From Octopus sinensis (taxonomy: Eukaryota), in the NCBI RefSeq assembly GCF_006345805.1, contig NC_043011.1:11036001-11100000 (forward strand): 64,000 nt of DNA. The letters run 5' to 3'. How positions within the stretch are numbered: the first letter of the stretch is position 1; every line of letters begins with the position of its first letter. The position numbers were made by a program, and so were the translations under genes. Positions 14,170 to 26,595 of this stretch are shown piece by piece. Below the pieces are notes generated by a model. The model had not been told where the DNA came from. It did not search any database and saw only the letters and a program-made list of their open reading frames with translations.

Positions 14170-15245
14170 TTTCTTTTCTTTTTTTTTTCTAGTTTCAGCT
14201 CAGAGCTGTGGCCATGCTGATGCACTGCCATTTTGCTACACTGTTATTACTAAGAGCCTCCTCTAATGTGTGGCACTTGGTGAAGCATGGAGTTTGATAG
14301 AGCTACTCTCATTTGCACCTCTTGCCGTGAGGTAGGTTCATCTGGGACTCTCGACAGGAAGAGGTCCAGCTTTGATTTAAAAACCCCTACATCTACATTG
14401 TGCAAGTTCCTCAGACTCTTTGGGAGAATATTAAAAAGCTGTCGGCCCTTGAAACCCAGGCTGTTGCACTAACTGGTCCTGAAGTGTGATGGCATTGCTG
14501 GAACCTTTGGCACTATGCAGTGTCTCCTCGTTCTGGCATTGGTGTAGCTTTCAATACCGAAATTTGGCACAATTCCTTCCAGGATCTTCCAGATATATAT
14601 TACTGCATACCTCTCCCGTCTTCTCTCCCGTGAGTAGAGTCTTAACTGTTTCAACCTTTCCCAGTAGCTGAGCTGAGACAGTCCTCTTTGTGAAACTTCT
14701 CTGGATTGCTTCAAGGTCCGTGTTAATTTCACACCGGTGGGTGACCATAGCTGTGAGCAGTAATCCAGGTGACCGAGGACTAATGTCCACCAGAGGACCA
14801 TCATGGTTTCCTTATCTCTGGTTCTGAATGTTCTTAGGATCCATCCAGCCAGTTGTCTGCACTTTATCGCCATCCTGGCAATGTGCACTTGGAAAGACAT
14901 ATCATCACTCATATCAATACCCAGGTCCCTCACTGACTTGGGCTCTGGGATTGAAATTCTCTCTGGACCGGTGTACCCTGTAAGTTTCATATTCAGTTTT
15001 GGATGCTGGTAGTGCAGGACTTGGAATTTTTCAGCATTAAACTTCATATTATTATCCTCAGCCCATCTGTAAAATGAGTCCAACTCTTGCTGCAGGTGTG
15101 CAACATTGCTGGGGTTCTGTATTTTGTGCGAGACTTTCATATCATCTGCATAGCTTGCAAGGGTGGCTATCCGGGCATATCTGAGAGGGACACTATAAAA
15201 AGTAGTGGTCCCAAGACAGTGCCCTGTGAAACACCGCTCACTATT
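14170..15245 (-). mobile_element. 5'-truncated CR1/L2-group LINE (RT C-terminus and 3' UTR), frameshifted
   Basis: SGVSQGTVLGPLLF, YADD, MKFNAEKFQVL, RDLG, LDYCSQLWSP and FKSKLDLFLSRVPDEP; A-rich tail near 14170. Confidence 0.85.
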
Positions 15246-15265
15246 TGTATGTTCATAAATATATA

Positions 15266-15309
<44 letters not shown>

Positions 15310-15583
15310 TATATTATATTATATAAACCGGTCATTTCTTCAAAAACTATGTCATTGTATGAAAAAAATTTATAACATTCTTCAGATATAATGACTCAAA
15401 TATATATTTTTTAACCTTTTAAAACAAGCCTTCTGTAGTTTTTTCACTTTTTACTATTTTCTATATATTCAACCACGTGCTTTCACACACCAACTTTCTC
15501 ACCTATATATATTATATATATATATATATATCATCATCATCATCATCGTTTAGCGTCCGTTTTCCATGCTAGCATATATATTA

Positions 15584-15629
<46 letters not shown>

Positions 15630-15679
15630 CTATATATAGATATTATATATATATATATATATATTATATTATATTATCT

Positions 15680-16628
15680 TCTACCTATATAAAAGAGGAA
15701 AAAAACTTGCACACTTTGGCTTTGGTAAGGATTCAATGGCACTAGACGTGCAAGGATCGAGCTGAAAATTGGCAGGGGTACTAAATGTGTGGTGAGGATG
15801 CGACCAGCGATGGTTAAAATTTGCAAGCTATAAAGATGAGGTTGCTATGGCAAAAAGAGTGATTTTTAAAAATATTTCAGTACTCAGAAATAGATACGAT
15901 GTAAGGGGAACAACTCAGTAGTTTAAATGATTACATTTACAAGTAACGACTGTACATAAATATCAAGATTACTTATCTGTTGCGAAATAATATGCGTGTG
16001 TGCATGTGTGTGTGTATGTATTTGTGTGTGTGCGTGCATACGAGCATGAGAGTTGGCTGTTAATTCAATCGAACATAAAGAAATCAAAAAAGTAGTTAAA
16101 AAAGCAATAAATAATTTTTAAAATAATTTCACCAAACCTGATAGTATAAAAGGTAGCAAAGCATGATAAAAGATAAAAAGAGTAGAAATTAATATTATTT
16201 TTAGCATATAAGGGATCCACTGAGTGGTCTCTCCTCTTGTCTAAATATATAAAGCTGAATTGTCTGTGTGTGACAAGTTTGGTAGCCTTCAACTAACACT
16301 ATCTCCTCCGAGACCCCGCGTGGCAAGTTGACCAAAATTGAGAGTATGATAGAAGAAGGCTTGCTCTTCATTCCGGAGAAGAAAAAATTTAAATTGGACC
16401 ATGTTAACACAAAAAATTATTTACATCAAAAAGATGCTTTTTTTCTATGAAAATCCCAATTTTTTACGATTTTTTTACTGCTGTGTCGCCATTTTTCGGT
16501 GTATTTCAACTAGAAAAATGTTCACTTAAAGAGAATAACAAGCTACATAATGCAAAATTTTTACTTTTCAAAAATTCCAATTCTAAAGGGTCGAAATAAA
16601 CCCGAGCAACGCCGAGTCATACTGCTAG
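15680..16628 (+). mobile_element. Non-autonomous Helitron, about 950 bp
   Basis: 5' TCTACCTATATAAAA; 3' hairpin CCCGAGCAACGCCGAG followed by CTAG|T. Confidence 0.75.
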
Positions 16629-16900
16629 TACATACATATACAGCTGCGTGCATGCGCACATACACACGAGTACTGTCCAAATCTCCAACCAATCACATAC
16701 AGCTAGCTGGCATTGAATTGGCGTATCAAGTTTCAGGCAATTTGATTGGGTTTTGGATAGAAAATTCACAAAAAAGTCACTTCTATTGATTTTTTAATGG
16801 CTTTGCGGGGTGACTGGGGAAATGTAAAGATGTGCATGACCACCCTTGGACGGTTTTGAATGACCATAGAAATGTATTTATGCTTGCATATATATATATA

Positions 16901-17148
16901 CTAGCAGTATAGCCTGGCTTTGCTCGGGATTACGTTAGGATTATTAAGCTAATCAAGCTCTTTATTTCAAAGCAAACTAAATAACATCGATTTTTTCCAC
17001 TCATCGATTGCTTTTTTTTTTTCATGTAACCCCGCTTTGCCCATGGGTTGAGAACCCTTCCAGCAAGGAAAATAGAATGCTCAAAAGGGCCCCCGATCCT
17101 CTGCGTGAGAAGCGGTTATGTTCAGATCACAACTAAGTATATATATAT
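16901..17148 (-). mobile_element. Degenerate non-autonomous Helitron
   Basis: CTAG at 16901 with a decayed subterminal hairpin, in a TA tract. Confidence 0.45.
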
Positions 17149-17259
17149 GGGCAACACACACACACAAACATATAAGTACATACACCTATTGCATGCAATG
17201 TATGCAATACACCTATTGCATACATTCACTTACACATACCTTTTACTTGCTTCAGTCAT

Positions 17260-17570
17260 CATTAGACTACAGCAATGCTAGGGAACTACCTTGAAGAATT
17301 TTTAGTCTTTTTAGTACTTTTTTTTAAAAGCTTGGTACTTATTTTATTGATCACTTTTACCAAACTGCTAAGTTGCAGGGATGGTAAACATCCCTGTTGC
17401 AGAGTTTTGTAAACACACCAAACTCTGTTGTCAAGTGGTGGTGGGACATACATACACACACATGATGGGCTTCCTTTCAGTTTCCATCTACCAAATCCAC
17501 TCACAAGGCTTTGGTCAGTCCAAGGCTACAGTGAAAGACATTTGCCCAAGGTGCCACGCAGTTGGGAAGC
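17260..17570 (-). mobile_element. Diverged tRNA-SINE, family A
   Basis: Homologous to the other family A copies. Confidence 0.7.
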
Positions 17571-17671
17571 AAGCTTCTTATCACATAACCACATCTGCGC
17601 CTCGCAACAATAGCCAAGTGCTTCATCCCATTTGAAAAAAACATGATTTCAATACTAGTTTCAAAACATAC

Positions 17672-17726
17672 CATCTTCTTTTTTATCTCCAGAGGCTTTC
17701 TTAATTTCATCATCTACTACAGGTAT
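17672..17726 (-). CDS. COPB1: COPB1 coding exon 12 (55-nt mini-exon): IPVVDDEIKKASGDKKED(D)
   Basis: Not in the ORF track. Acceptor TTTATTTTCAG|, donor G|GTATGT. Phase 0 in and phase 1 out join exons 11 and 13 exactly. Resembles beta-COP IPIVESEIKKEAG. Confidence 0.88.
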
Positions 17727-18046
17727 CTGAAAATAAAGAATTATAATTAATAGGTCGAACTGGACATTTGGAAATGTACACGTTAAACAAAGAATTAAGT
17801 TTCATTATATTTCATTCATGACACACAACTGTGTAATGACATCATAATGCAGAAGCGAGTGAAAGATGGATAGGAAATGGAGTGGAGGTGGTCAGATGTA
17901 TAAAGGGGTGAATGTAGTAAATAGTGAACAAAGGTGGGGGTGATCAGTGGTAAATATAAATGGAAAGTCAATAAGAATGAGGAATGAATAAAAACTGGAA
18001 GTAGCTCAGAAAAGGAGAGGTGACTGGTAGTACAAAAACAGTGATA

Positions 18047-18427
18047 TCTTTATATATAAAAGTCAAGTTGTGTGTCTGTCTCCTACGATTTAGATTCCTA
18101 ACTACTCCCACATTTTGCGGTGCAGTTTAACCGGGTATCTTATAGTCGTGATTCATATCGAGCCCTTCTGGGTATTAACGCGCGTCTACGATGAGTCTAC
18201 GATTAAAAAAAAAATTTACCATCATTTTTTTCCATTTTAATGCATTTTTTCGCTATTATATAAGGGAAGTAACTCTCTAAAAATGTCTACGATGAATCAA
18301 CGATTTTAAAAAAAATTTACCATCATTTTTTTTCCATTTTTAATGCATTTTTTGGCTATAACTCTCTAAAAATGCTTATATAGTTATTTCCCTTACAAAC
18401 CCGAGCAACGCCGGGCGATACTGCTAG
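18047..18427 (+). mobile_element. Non-autonomous Helitron, about 380 bp
   Basis: A|TC...CCCGAGCAACGCCGGG...CTAG|T, no TSD. Confidence 0.8.
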
Positions 18428-18739
18428 TGATATATATATACAGAAACAGAGTCAAAGACTCTAATAAATTTGCTTAACACATGGGTGGTTGTCCTTGTGT
18501 GTTACAGTGCCAATTTACGGAATTGGGCAAAATATGAAGGGAATGCAAATGTAAGCAATACATGAAACAGAACATTGGAGAGAGAGAGGACATCTAAGCA
18601 TTTTTTTTTATTATTTAAAACAAAAGCCAGTAAGTCAATATTATGCAATAAATGAAGAATTACTTAAATATGCTGCAATACAACCAGGTCTTGTGTTGAG
18701 AAAAAAGCATAACTGTTGGACCAGGTCATGAAAGTTGCA

Positions 18740-19320
18740 GAGAGAGTCATAACTTACTTGACTGGGAATAGAATTAAACTAGATGAGATGCAGTTTGGTT
18801 TTGTTCGTGGGAGAAGTACCAAAAATACTATCTTCCCAGTAGGACAGTTGCAAGAAAAGTATTTGGCCAAAAGTAAACCATTGTACTAAGCATCTGTCGA
18901 CCTGGAGAAAGCTTTTGACAAAGTTCTCCGCTCAGTTATCAGGTGGTCTCTAAGGAAGCCAGGAGTAGAGGAATAGTCTGTTAGAGCCGTACAAGCCACG
19001 TACAGCGGTGCTGTCAGTAAGATTAGAGTTGACCATGAATACAATGATGAATTTAGCATACAAGTCACCAGGGCTCAGTTCTTAGTCCACTTTTATTCAT
19101 CAAACTCCTCCAGGCCATAACAGAAGAATTCAAAATTGGATACCCATGGGAACTGCTATATGCTGACGACCTCACCCTTATTGCAGAATCTGAAGCAGAA
19201 TTGGCGAAGAAGCTCTAGGTAAGGAAACAAAACCAGGAATCAAAAGGCCTTAAAGTTAACCTAGCAAAGACTAAAGTTGTTTTTAGCAAGAAATCAGATA
19301 AGACTCTCTTATAGGATCTG
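18740..19320 (+). mobile_element. Decayed RTE RT fragment
   Basis: DEMQFGFV, DLEKAFDKV and LLYADDL; homologous to 42870-43400. Confidence 0.8.
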
Positions 19321-19572
19321 CAAGAAAAGAGATGAAAGTATCAATCACCTTTTGAACAAGTGTCGTATACTTAGCCCAAAAAGAATATCAACACAAGCAT
19401 GACCGTGTACCCAAAAGAGTGTATTGGGGATGTCAGCTAAATGAGTAATTTCAAAATAACTGAAAAGTAGTATGAGTACAAACGAGAGGTTGTGATAGAA
19501 AATGAGAATTACAGGATCTTTTGGGACTTTCCATAAAAACTGACAATACAGTTGAAGCAGGAAAACCAAATA
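19320..19572 (+). mobile_element. R4-like C-terminal fragment (zinc knuckle and start of the restriction-like endonuclease)
   Basis: DESINHLLNKC, KHDRV and VIENENYRILWDFP..TDNTVEAGKPN. Confidence 0.55.
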
Positions 19573-19574
19573 TG

Positions 19575-19890
19575 ATTCATCATCATTTAGCGTCCGTTTT
19601 CCATGCTAGCATGGGTTGGACGGTTCAACTGGGGTCTGTGAAGCCGGAAGGCTTCATCACACCCAGTCAGATCTGGCAGTGTTTCTACGGCTGGATGCCC
19701 TTCCTAACGCCAACCACTTCGTGAGTGTAGTGGGTGCTTTTTATGTGCCACCTGCACAGGTGCCAGACAGAGCTGGCAAACGGCCATGAACGGATGGTGC
19801 TTTTACGTGCCACCGGCACGGGGGCCAGGCAAGGCTGGCAACGGACACGAACGGATGGTGCTTTTACGTGCCACCGGCACGGGGGACAGG
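19575..19890 (-). mobile_element. RTE 3' UTR fragment
   Basis: (CAT)n start; homologous to 44750-45013. Confidence 0.8.
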
Positions 19891-20489
19891 CGAGGCTATA
19901 GAGGACAAAATGAAAAACACAGTCTAAGATCATAGATTTTGCAATTCCCTATGATAGCAAGAGTCAGTTTTGAAGAAATTGGAAAAATAGTGAAATATCA
20001 AGATCTGGCCAAAGAGCCTCCACCCACACACACATGTATATGTATTTGCACTCCATCAAATACATATAACACATGCACACATTATTCTCATACACACATG
20101 CTTGCATGCACGCACACTTTAGTCAGGTAACAGTCCCTTACCACCCACACCTCCAACTACTTCCTTCCTTTTGGTCAGTCCAACATGTAGCACAGTTAAT
20201 TCAGACATGCATGCTTTCTCTCCATCAGTTTACTCTCCTCATTCCTTTCTGCAGAAGAGGGTGGACTTGAAATGTCAAAGACTTCGATTTTCCCTGAGCA
20301 TCAAATAAATACAGCTGTTTGTTGCTCTTTCACCACTATATTTTTTTGTATATTTTTGTATCACATACACACATATACACATGCATGTGTATGCTCTTTT
20401 CATAGTCTTTTCTGTATTGCTTAACTGTTTGTATGATAAACATGCTGGTCAACAGTGTTTTGTGCATGTGTGTGTGTGTGTGTTTATAT

Positions 20490-20830
20490 ATTCTTTTATT
20501 CTTTTACTTGTTTCAGTCATCTGACTGCAGCCATGCTGGGGCATTGCCTCTAAGAAATTTAGTTGAACACATCAACCTCAGTACTTATTTTTAAGCCAGA
20601 TACTTGTTTTATCAGTCTCTTTTGTCAAACTGCTAAGTTATGGGGACATATACACACCAACATCGGTTGTCAAGTGGTGATGGGTAACAAACATGGACAC
20701 ACACACACATATATACATACATACATACATATGATGAGATTCTTTTAGTTTCCATCTACTAAATCCACTCACAAGGCTTTAATTGGCTCAAGGCTATAAT
20801 AGAAGACACTTGTCCAAGGTACTACACAGG
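20490..20830 (-). mobile_element. Diverged tRNA-SINE, family A
   Basis: Tail and body homology. Confidence 0.7.
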
Positions 20831-20860
20831 CACACTTGCACCTATAAATACATGTAGATG

Positions 20861-21312
20861 GGATCTTTTCGGTTTGAACGGCAGTTTTAACATAATTTCT
20901 AGGTAACTAAAAAATTTTAAACTTCGTATACTGGTAGAATGTGTTTAAAAAACATCTTTTTTCTCTTGGCTTTATTGAGAAAATTCTATAGTTTGTAAGA
21001 TATTTGTTGTTGTTTTTTCTTCAATTTCTTCAATTTCTGCAATTTCAACCAATCATTGGTGTCTATTGAGTTAAAAAGCATTATGTGCCGTATGAATATG
21101 TCCCTTGTTTAAGAAACAGATTGGGTTTATTTACATTTGTGAAGAAAAAAAGATACCCTTCCCCCATCCCTAACCCTAAAATAGATTGAAATGTAATAGA
21201 TCAATTCTAGGGTCATAATTATGGGTGACAATTTCATATGACACCGCTAGAAAAAAATGGCAGTTTTTTTCTAGCGGTGTCATATGAAATTGTCACCCAT
21301 AATCATGACCCT
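20861..21312 (+). mobile_element. GGATC-TIR MITE, right end replaced by a fold-back duplication
   Basis: Left TIR GGATCTTTTCGGTTTGAACGGCAGTTTT; the terminal ~55 bp are repeated in inverted orientation around 21255-21265. Confidence 0.75.
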
Positions 21313-23511
21313 GTAGATATATAAATAATCACTAATTTACTTATATTTACTGAAGGCTATGTTGAGTTAATCCATTTCGTATGGTTTCAATGTTTGTATG
21401 ATAAATATGTTTGCTGACAGTATCTCATATGTGTACGTTTTCTTAGAAGGGTCATAACACCAATAATAACGACAAATGACCAAGATCTTTGGCATTATGC
21501 TGTGCTTGAGAAGACCCATGAAGCCAAGTGAAATCATAGGTGTCACGTAAAAGCACCCATTACACTCTCAGAAGGGCATCCAGCCATAAAATCCATGCAA
21601 AATCAGACTAGAGTCTGATTTTTGTCTAAACACCCTAGAGATCTTTCACTTCAACAGATATGCGTGTTTGTTCTTGTAAATGAGACATTGCCAATACTGA
21701 ATAGAAAATACACATACCCGGTAGTAGAACCACAATGTTACTGTTCATATTTATTTGTTCAAGTAAATATGAACAAATTAGTAATACATATGCCCACCCA
21801 TACACACGGACACACCTATGTATATCATCATCATCATCATCAAGCGGACGTTAAACAATGATGATGATGATGATGATATACATGGGTGTGTCCGTGTGAT
21901 GGGTGGGCATGTGTATTACTAATTTGTTCATATTTACTTGGACCATGTACAGTCAATCGTTTTCCTATAACTTGTACAATAAATATGTTGGTTGACAGTG
22001 TTTCATATATATTTGTGTGTGTGTGTATACACACACAAACACACACACATATATGCTATAACTAAATTTGTCATTATATATTTCCAACAGTTTTAAGAAA
22101 GAAGTCTATTGTATGTACGCACAAGTGTATGTATGCGTGCATGTGCATACATACGCTTTTATGAAGGCTTGCATTCCTTTTCTTCAAGTGCGTTTGCTAG
22201 CTGTAAACAATGGCCCACTTGCAGTGCCATTTGCTTGCAATCCACTGTGAGAACATATCTAGGCCTCTTGACGTGTTGTATCAGCTTTGTGAAGAAAAGG
22301 CTCATTCACAAAGTTTTCAGTTTTCCACATAACCATATCCATACTGTTTGTTATTCAGCAGGCTGGAAAATTATTGCCTTGCTTCATAATAAGTGTGGTT
22401 TACAGAAGGGCATCTGTCCTAGAAAATTCTGCCCAACATATATGCAAATATAGAAAACTAGCATTAAAAACCTGTCGTTGCCGGGTCATAGTGCTAGTGC
22501 ATGTATATGTGTACATCTATATATATACATCTACACATAAAATACAAAATTATATCTTGATATCGCTAGTGATAACAATACTCAAAATATATAACAGACT
22601 GGAATTGTTAGCCCGTCTCTTGTAATTTCGATCAATTGTATCTTGTCCTCCCTCTTGTATAGAAGTGTGGCTACAATCCAGCCTACCTCTACTTCGGGGA
22701 GGGGGGGGCATTAAAAAATTTTTTCCGGGACGTCCTACATCCCAGATATAAAGGTAAAAATAAAATATTTCCACTTTGCAAGTTTGAGTCGAGTACTCCC
22801 TTGCACGCTCCGTTGACTCGAACCTTGCTTCTATTGTGGTGAATTTACCGCCTCTGATTAGATACCTTTCATAGTCGCACCAAGACACTTTTCCATGGTG
22901 CTTTTCTCCATGTGTTTAAATCTTCTTTTTTCTCTACATTGTATACGTTATAGACAATAGTCTTTTCTTTAAATTAATTTTTTATTATCCATCTGGACCA
23001 TTCCATTTCTGCACGCTAATTTCATTTTTAATTTATTCCCATTCATGTGAAACCACTTATTCAAGTTCAAATCATTGATGCAATTTTATACCAATTGCTA
23101 TTTTTACTTTTGTCATGTTACTTTAGTTTGATTTTAATTATTACTTACTACATATAATTCAATTGTTATTATTTTTATTGTTAAAGTGAAAGTATCTGAC
23201 ATAAAATAGAGAAACGTTTTTGTTTCACTTTTAACACGTAATACTGAAATAGTGGAGAAGATATGGTATTGTTATGGGCTCGCTCTAGGCAAGAAGTTGA
23301 ACATTTTTTTTGCCCATGAAACTACATGGACCCTAAGTAAGGCATGTGTAAAATTTGAATGGAATTGGTTGTGTAGTTCTCAAGTTTTAGGGAATCGTAG
23401 TGGAGAAGATATGATATTGCCGTGGGCTCGCCCTAGGCAAAAAGTTCTCAAGTTTTAGGGAAACACACAGACAGACTGACAGACAGACAGACACACATTC
23501 TCAGTTATATA

Positions 23512-24056
23512 TCTCTTATTATAAAAGGCAGATTTTATCTGCCTCCCTTTATAACTTATAGAAATCTACAATATAGGATTTCTTCAATTACAATTTACCT
23601 AGCATTTTTAAGAGTAGAATGCATCGGGTCATGCCAGGTCCAGTTTTTAAAATTTAAACTCCAATTAAGCAAAATTTACAGAAAACTCACATTCTGGTGT
23701 GTATGTCAAATGCTTTTCTTAATGTGGTTTACACCACACGCACATGCACACACACAGTGTGCAACGAATAAAATGAAAGTAAATAGCGACAGAGTGATTT
23801 GAGGAAGACTAAACTGAAAGTATTTAAACCACTACTCAAAAAATAAAAAACACAGCAAACAGAAACAAATAAATACATAACGATTTACTCCTCACACAAT
23901 TTCTTCAATTAGAGTTTACCTAAGATTTTTCAAAGTACTCCATTCGGTCATGCCATAATATATTTCTTTCAATTTCACCCCCAATAAGACAAAATTCGAG
24001 AAAACTCAATATTTTAACATTTCACTCCGAAAGCATTGATGTACATGTGTGCGTGC

Positions 24057-24097
<41 letters not shown>

Positions 24098-25200
24098 TGT
24101 GTGTGTGGTTTGATGGGTTGTGCGACACAGAAAGTGTGGTGTGTAAGTGAAGTGCTTTTGTTAGTGTGTGTAAAGAGACAGACAGAGTGAAAGACAGAAA
24201 TAACTGAACTTTTTTTATTCACTTTTTGTAGTGAGTGACTGAGAGAGAAAAGAGAGAGAGAGGTTATGTATGTATATATGTATGTATGGCTTCAGTGACA
24301 CACACACACAAAAACACATACCTACGTACACCTAAAGCACGCACACACACACACACAAGCGGAGCGCGAACTTCAAAATTTTGATAGTATTAATTTGCGA
24401 GCGTACTTCTAAGCGCGCGTAATTGAAAGTTTTCACTATGATATCATCACGTGCGAAAAAATTCAAAGGGTTTTGAACAATTGAGATACAGATGTCACGC
24501 CTGTATTGAAACCATTGCTAAGCTGCCGTAATTGCTTAATTAAGACTTTGTTTAAATTGAAAGGGGCAAATATGTGACGAGGTTGAAAAAAAATACCCCA
24601 GAAAAAAAAATGTACTGCTGGTATTTATATAATTCACTACTATTTTGCTACAATGTCATGAAAAAGAAAAAATTTAGGTATGTAAATCGAATTCGCCACC
24701 CCCTTTTCCCCGTTCGCGTTTGTGTAAAAAAAATTATTATTTAAGTTTTAAAAATTATTTACTTTGTTCAAAAAATATTAATATTAATTAATTTTCAAGA
24801 ATTATTTAATTTTATTCTGTAAAATAGTAATTAATTCATTTATCTGTAAATCCGCGAGGTTGTTGCTCAGGCACCTAGAATGGTAACCTTCAACTAACAC
24901 TATCTCCTCGGAGACCCTGCGGCGCAAGTTGACCAAAATTGAGAGTATGGTAGAAGAAGGGTTGCTCTTCCTTCCGTAGAACATAAAATTCAAATCGGAC
25001 CATGTTAACACCAAAAATTATTTACATCAAAAAGATGCTTTTTTTCTATGAAAATCCCTATTTTTTACGATTTTTTCACTGCTGTGTCGCCACTTTTCAG
25101 TGTATTTCGACCAGAAAAATGTTCACAAAATTTTTACTTTTCAAAATTACAATTCCAGCGGGTCGAAACAAACCCGAGCAACGCCGGGCGATACTGCTAG
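23512..25200 (+). mobile_element. 1.69-kb non-autonomous Helitron (copy 1)
   Basis: A|TCTCTTATTATAAAA ... CCCGAGCAACGCCGGG ... CTAG|T. Confidence 0.85.
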
Positions 25201-25279
25201 TATATATATAAAGATAAGACATTAAAGTTATGATGATGATGATGAATGTGTATGTGTGTGTGTATTAACGTTTACATAC

Positions 25280-25376
25280 CTGCCCAATGGACTGTTTGAT
25301 AAGAAGCATAACATCTTCAATTTCTTTTACACTGTCACAGTATTCTCCCAGAATCCATAGAGCAGCTCTGAAAATC
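25280..25376 (-). CDS. COPB1: COPB1 coding exon 11 (97 nt): (K)IFRAALWILGEYCDSVKEIEDVMLLIKQSIGQ
   Basis: Acceptor TATTGTAG|, donor CAG|GTATGT; ALWILGEYC motif. Confidence 0.96.
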
Positions 25377-25882
25377 CTACAATAGATAGAGAAGGTAAAA
25401 TGTTTAGTAAAACAATGGGGATGTAAGAGAATAGACCTCCATGAGTGTCTTAAACAAGTAGAGAAAATGTTAAGTGGGGCAACAAGTACCTGAGAGGATA
25501 CATGATTGTAAGAATACACAGTAAGAGTACAAAAGTGTCTTTTAATTGGAATGTGTGTGAGAGCAGAGTGTAAGTGAAATCAGAATGTGAATGAAAGGAG
25601 ATTCTAAATAAAAGACAATGAAGAGAGTATAAAATACAATGCCAAGTCAAAGAGAGTAGTGAATTTAAAATAGACATGTGTGAGAGATTAACAAATTTGT
25701 AAGTGAAAAATCAAATGTGGGATAGAGAAATAAAATGGGGAGAAAAATGAATGTCTGGATGTGTATGTGAGGTGGGGGGGGAACTAAAGAGAGAGGGAGA
25801 GAGAGAAAGTATAAAGTGTGAGAGAGGAAGATGATTGAATGAGTAAAAGAGTAAGAGAGAGAGCTGAGTAAAAGTAACTCAC

Positions 25883-26028
25883 TTGAGAGCTTTTATAGTG
25901 GGGAAAACTTCGAGTAATTTAGTGATGACCAATGGCTGCAGCTGCTCAAACCTTTGAACAGCTTCTCGGACAAACACCAACACATCGGCAGCAGCCAGTT
26001 CGTTCTGGTCGCCTAGGAACTCCATCAG
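25883..26028 (-). CDS. COPB1: COPB1 coding exon 10 (146 nt): [48 protein letters not shown](K)
   Basis: Acceptor TTTACGCAG|, donor AA|GTGAGT (phase 2). Confidence 0.96.
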
Positions 26029-26595
26029 CTGCGTAAAGCACAAAACAAAATAAATAAGCCTCATTCAATAAAGATTACAAACAGCATCTTAAAACTAGAA
26101 TCTGAAGAGATGTGTCATAGAATCATGGAATGTTGACTGTAATTTGTAGCTCATAATGTGGATCCCTTTGCATTAGGCCCAGTATTCAATATTATAACAG
26201 AAAATAGGAATTTTCTGATCCACCACTGGTACTTACTCCATTGGGCATAAATCCCTTGTCTCAGTAAGCAACCCTAAATTATTAAAAAACTTACTGAAAG
26301 TCAATGATAAAATTATATGATAGGGGTGATGATGATGGAAATGATAACGACGATGATGTTTTCTAACAAGTGTACAAGGTCACAAACTTACGGAAAGGGA
26401 TTGTAACAAATTTTAACCACACTCCTAACTTAAGTGATAAAAAGACAATTTTAACCACACTCCTATCTTAAGTGATAAAAAGACAATTTCTGACACCCAG
26501 TGGGTTTCAAACTCAGAACCAAAATTAAACACAGCACTTGTGTGTATAGGACATCTCCACCATTCATAACTCAATATCAAATTTTAGAATGACAA

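Noticed and set aside
22540-22930. Minus-strand ORF 22550-22888, possibly a LINE ORF1 relic
   Set aside because: The resemblance is only impressionistic, with no diagnostic motif.
26405-26490. 40-bp tandem duplication (also a 17-bp x3 repeat at 32898-32950)
   Set aside because: Ordinary slippage duplications with no further structure.
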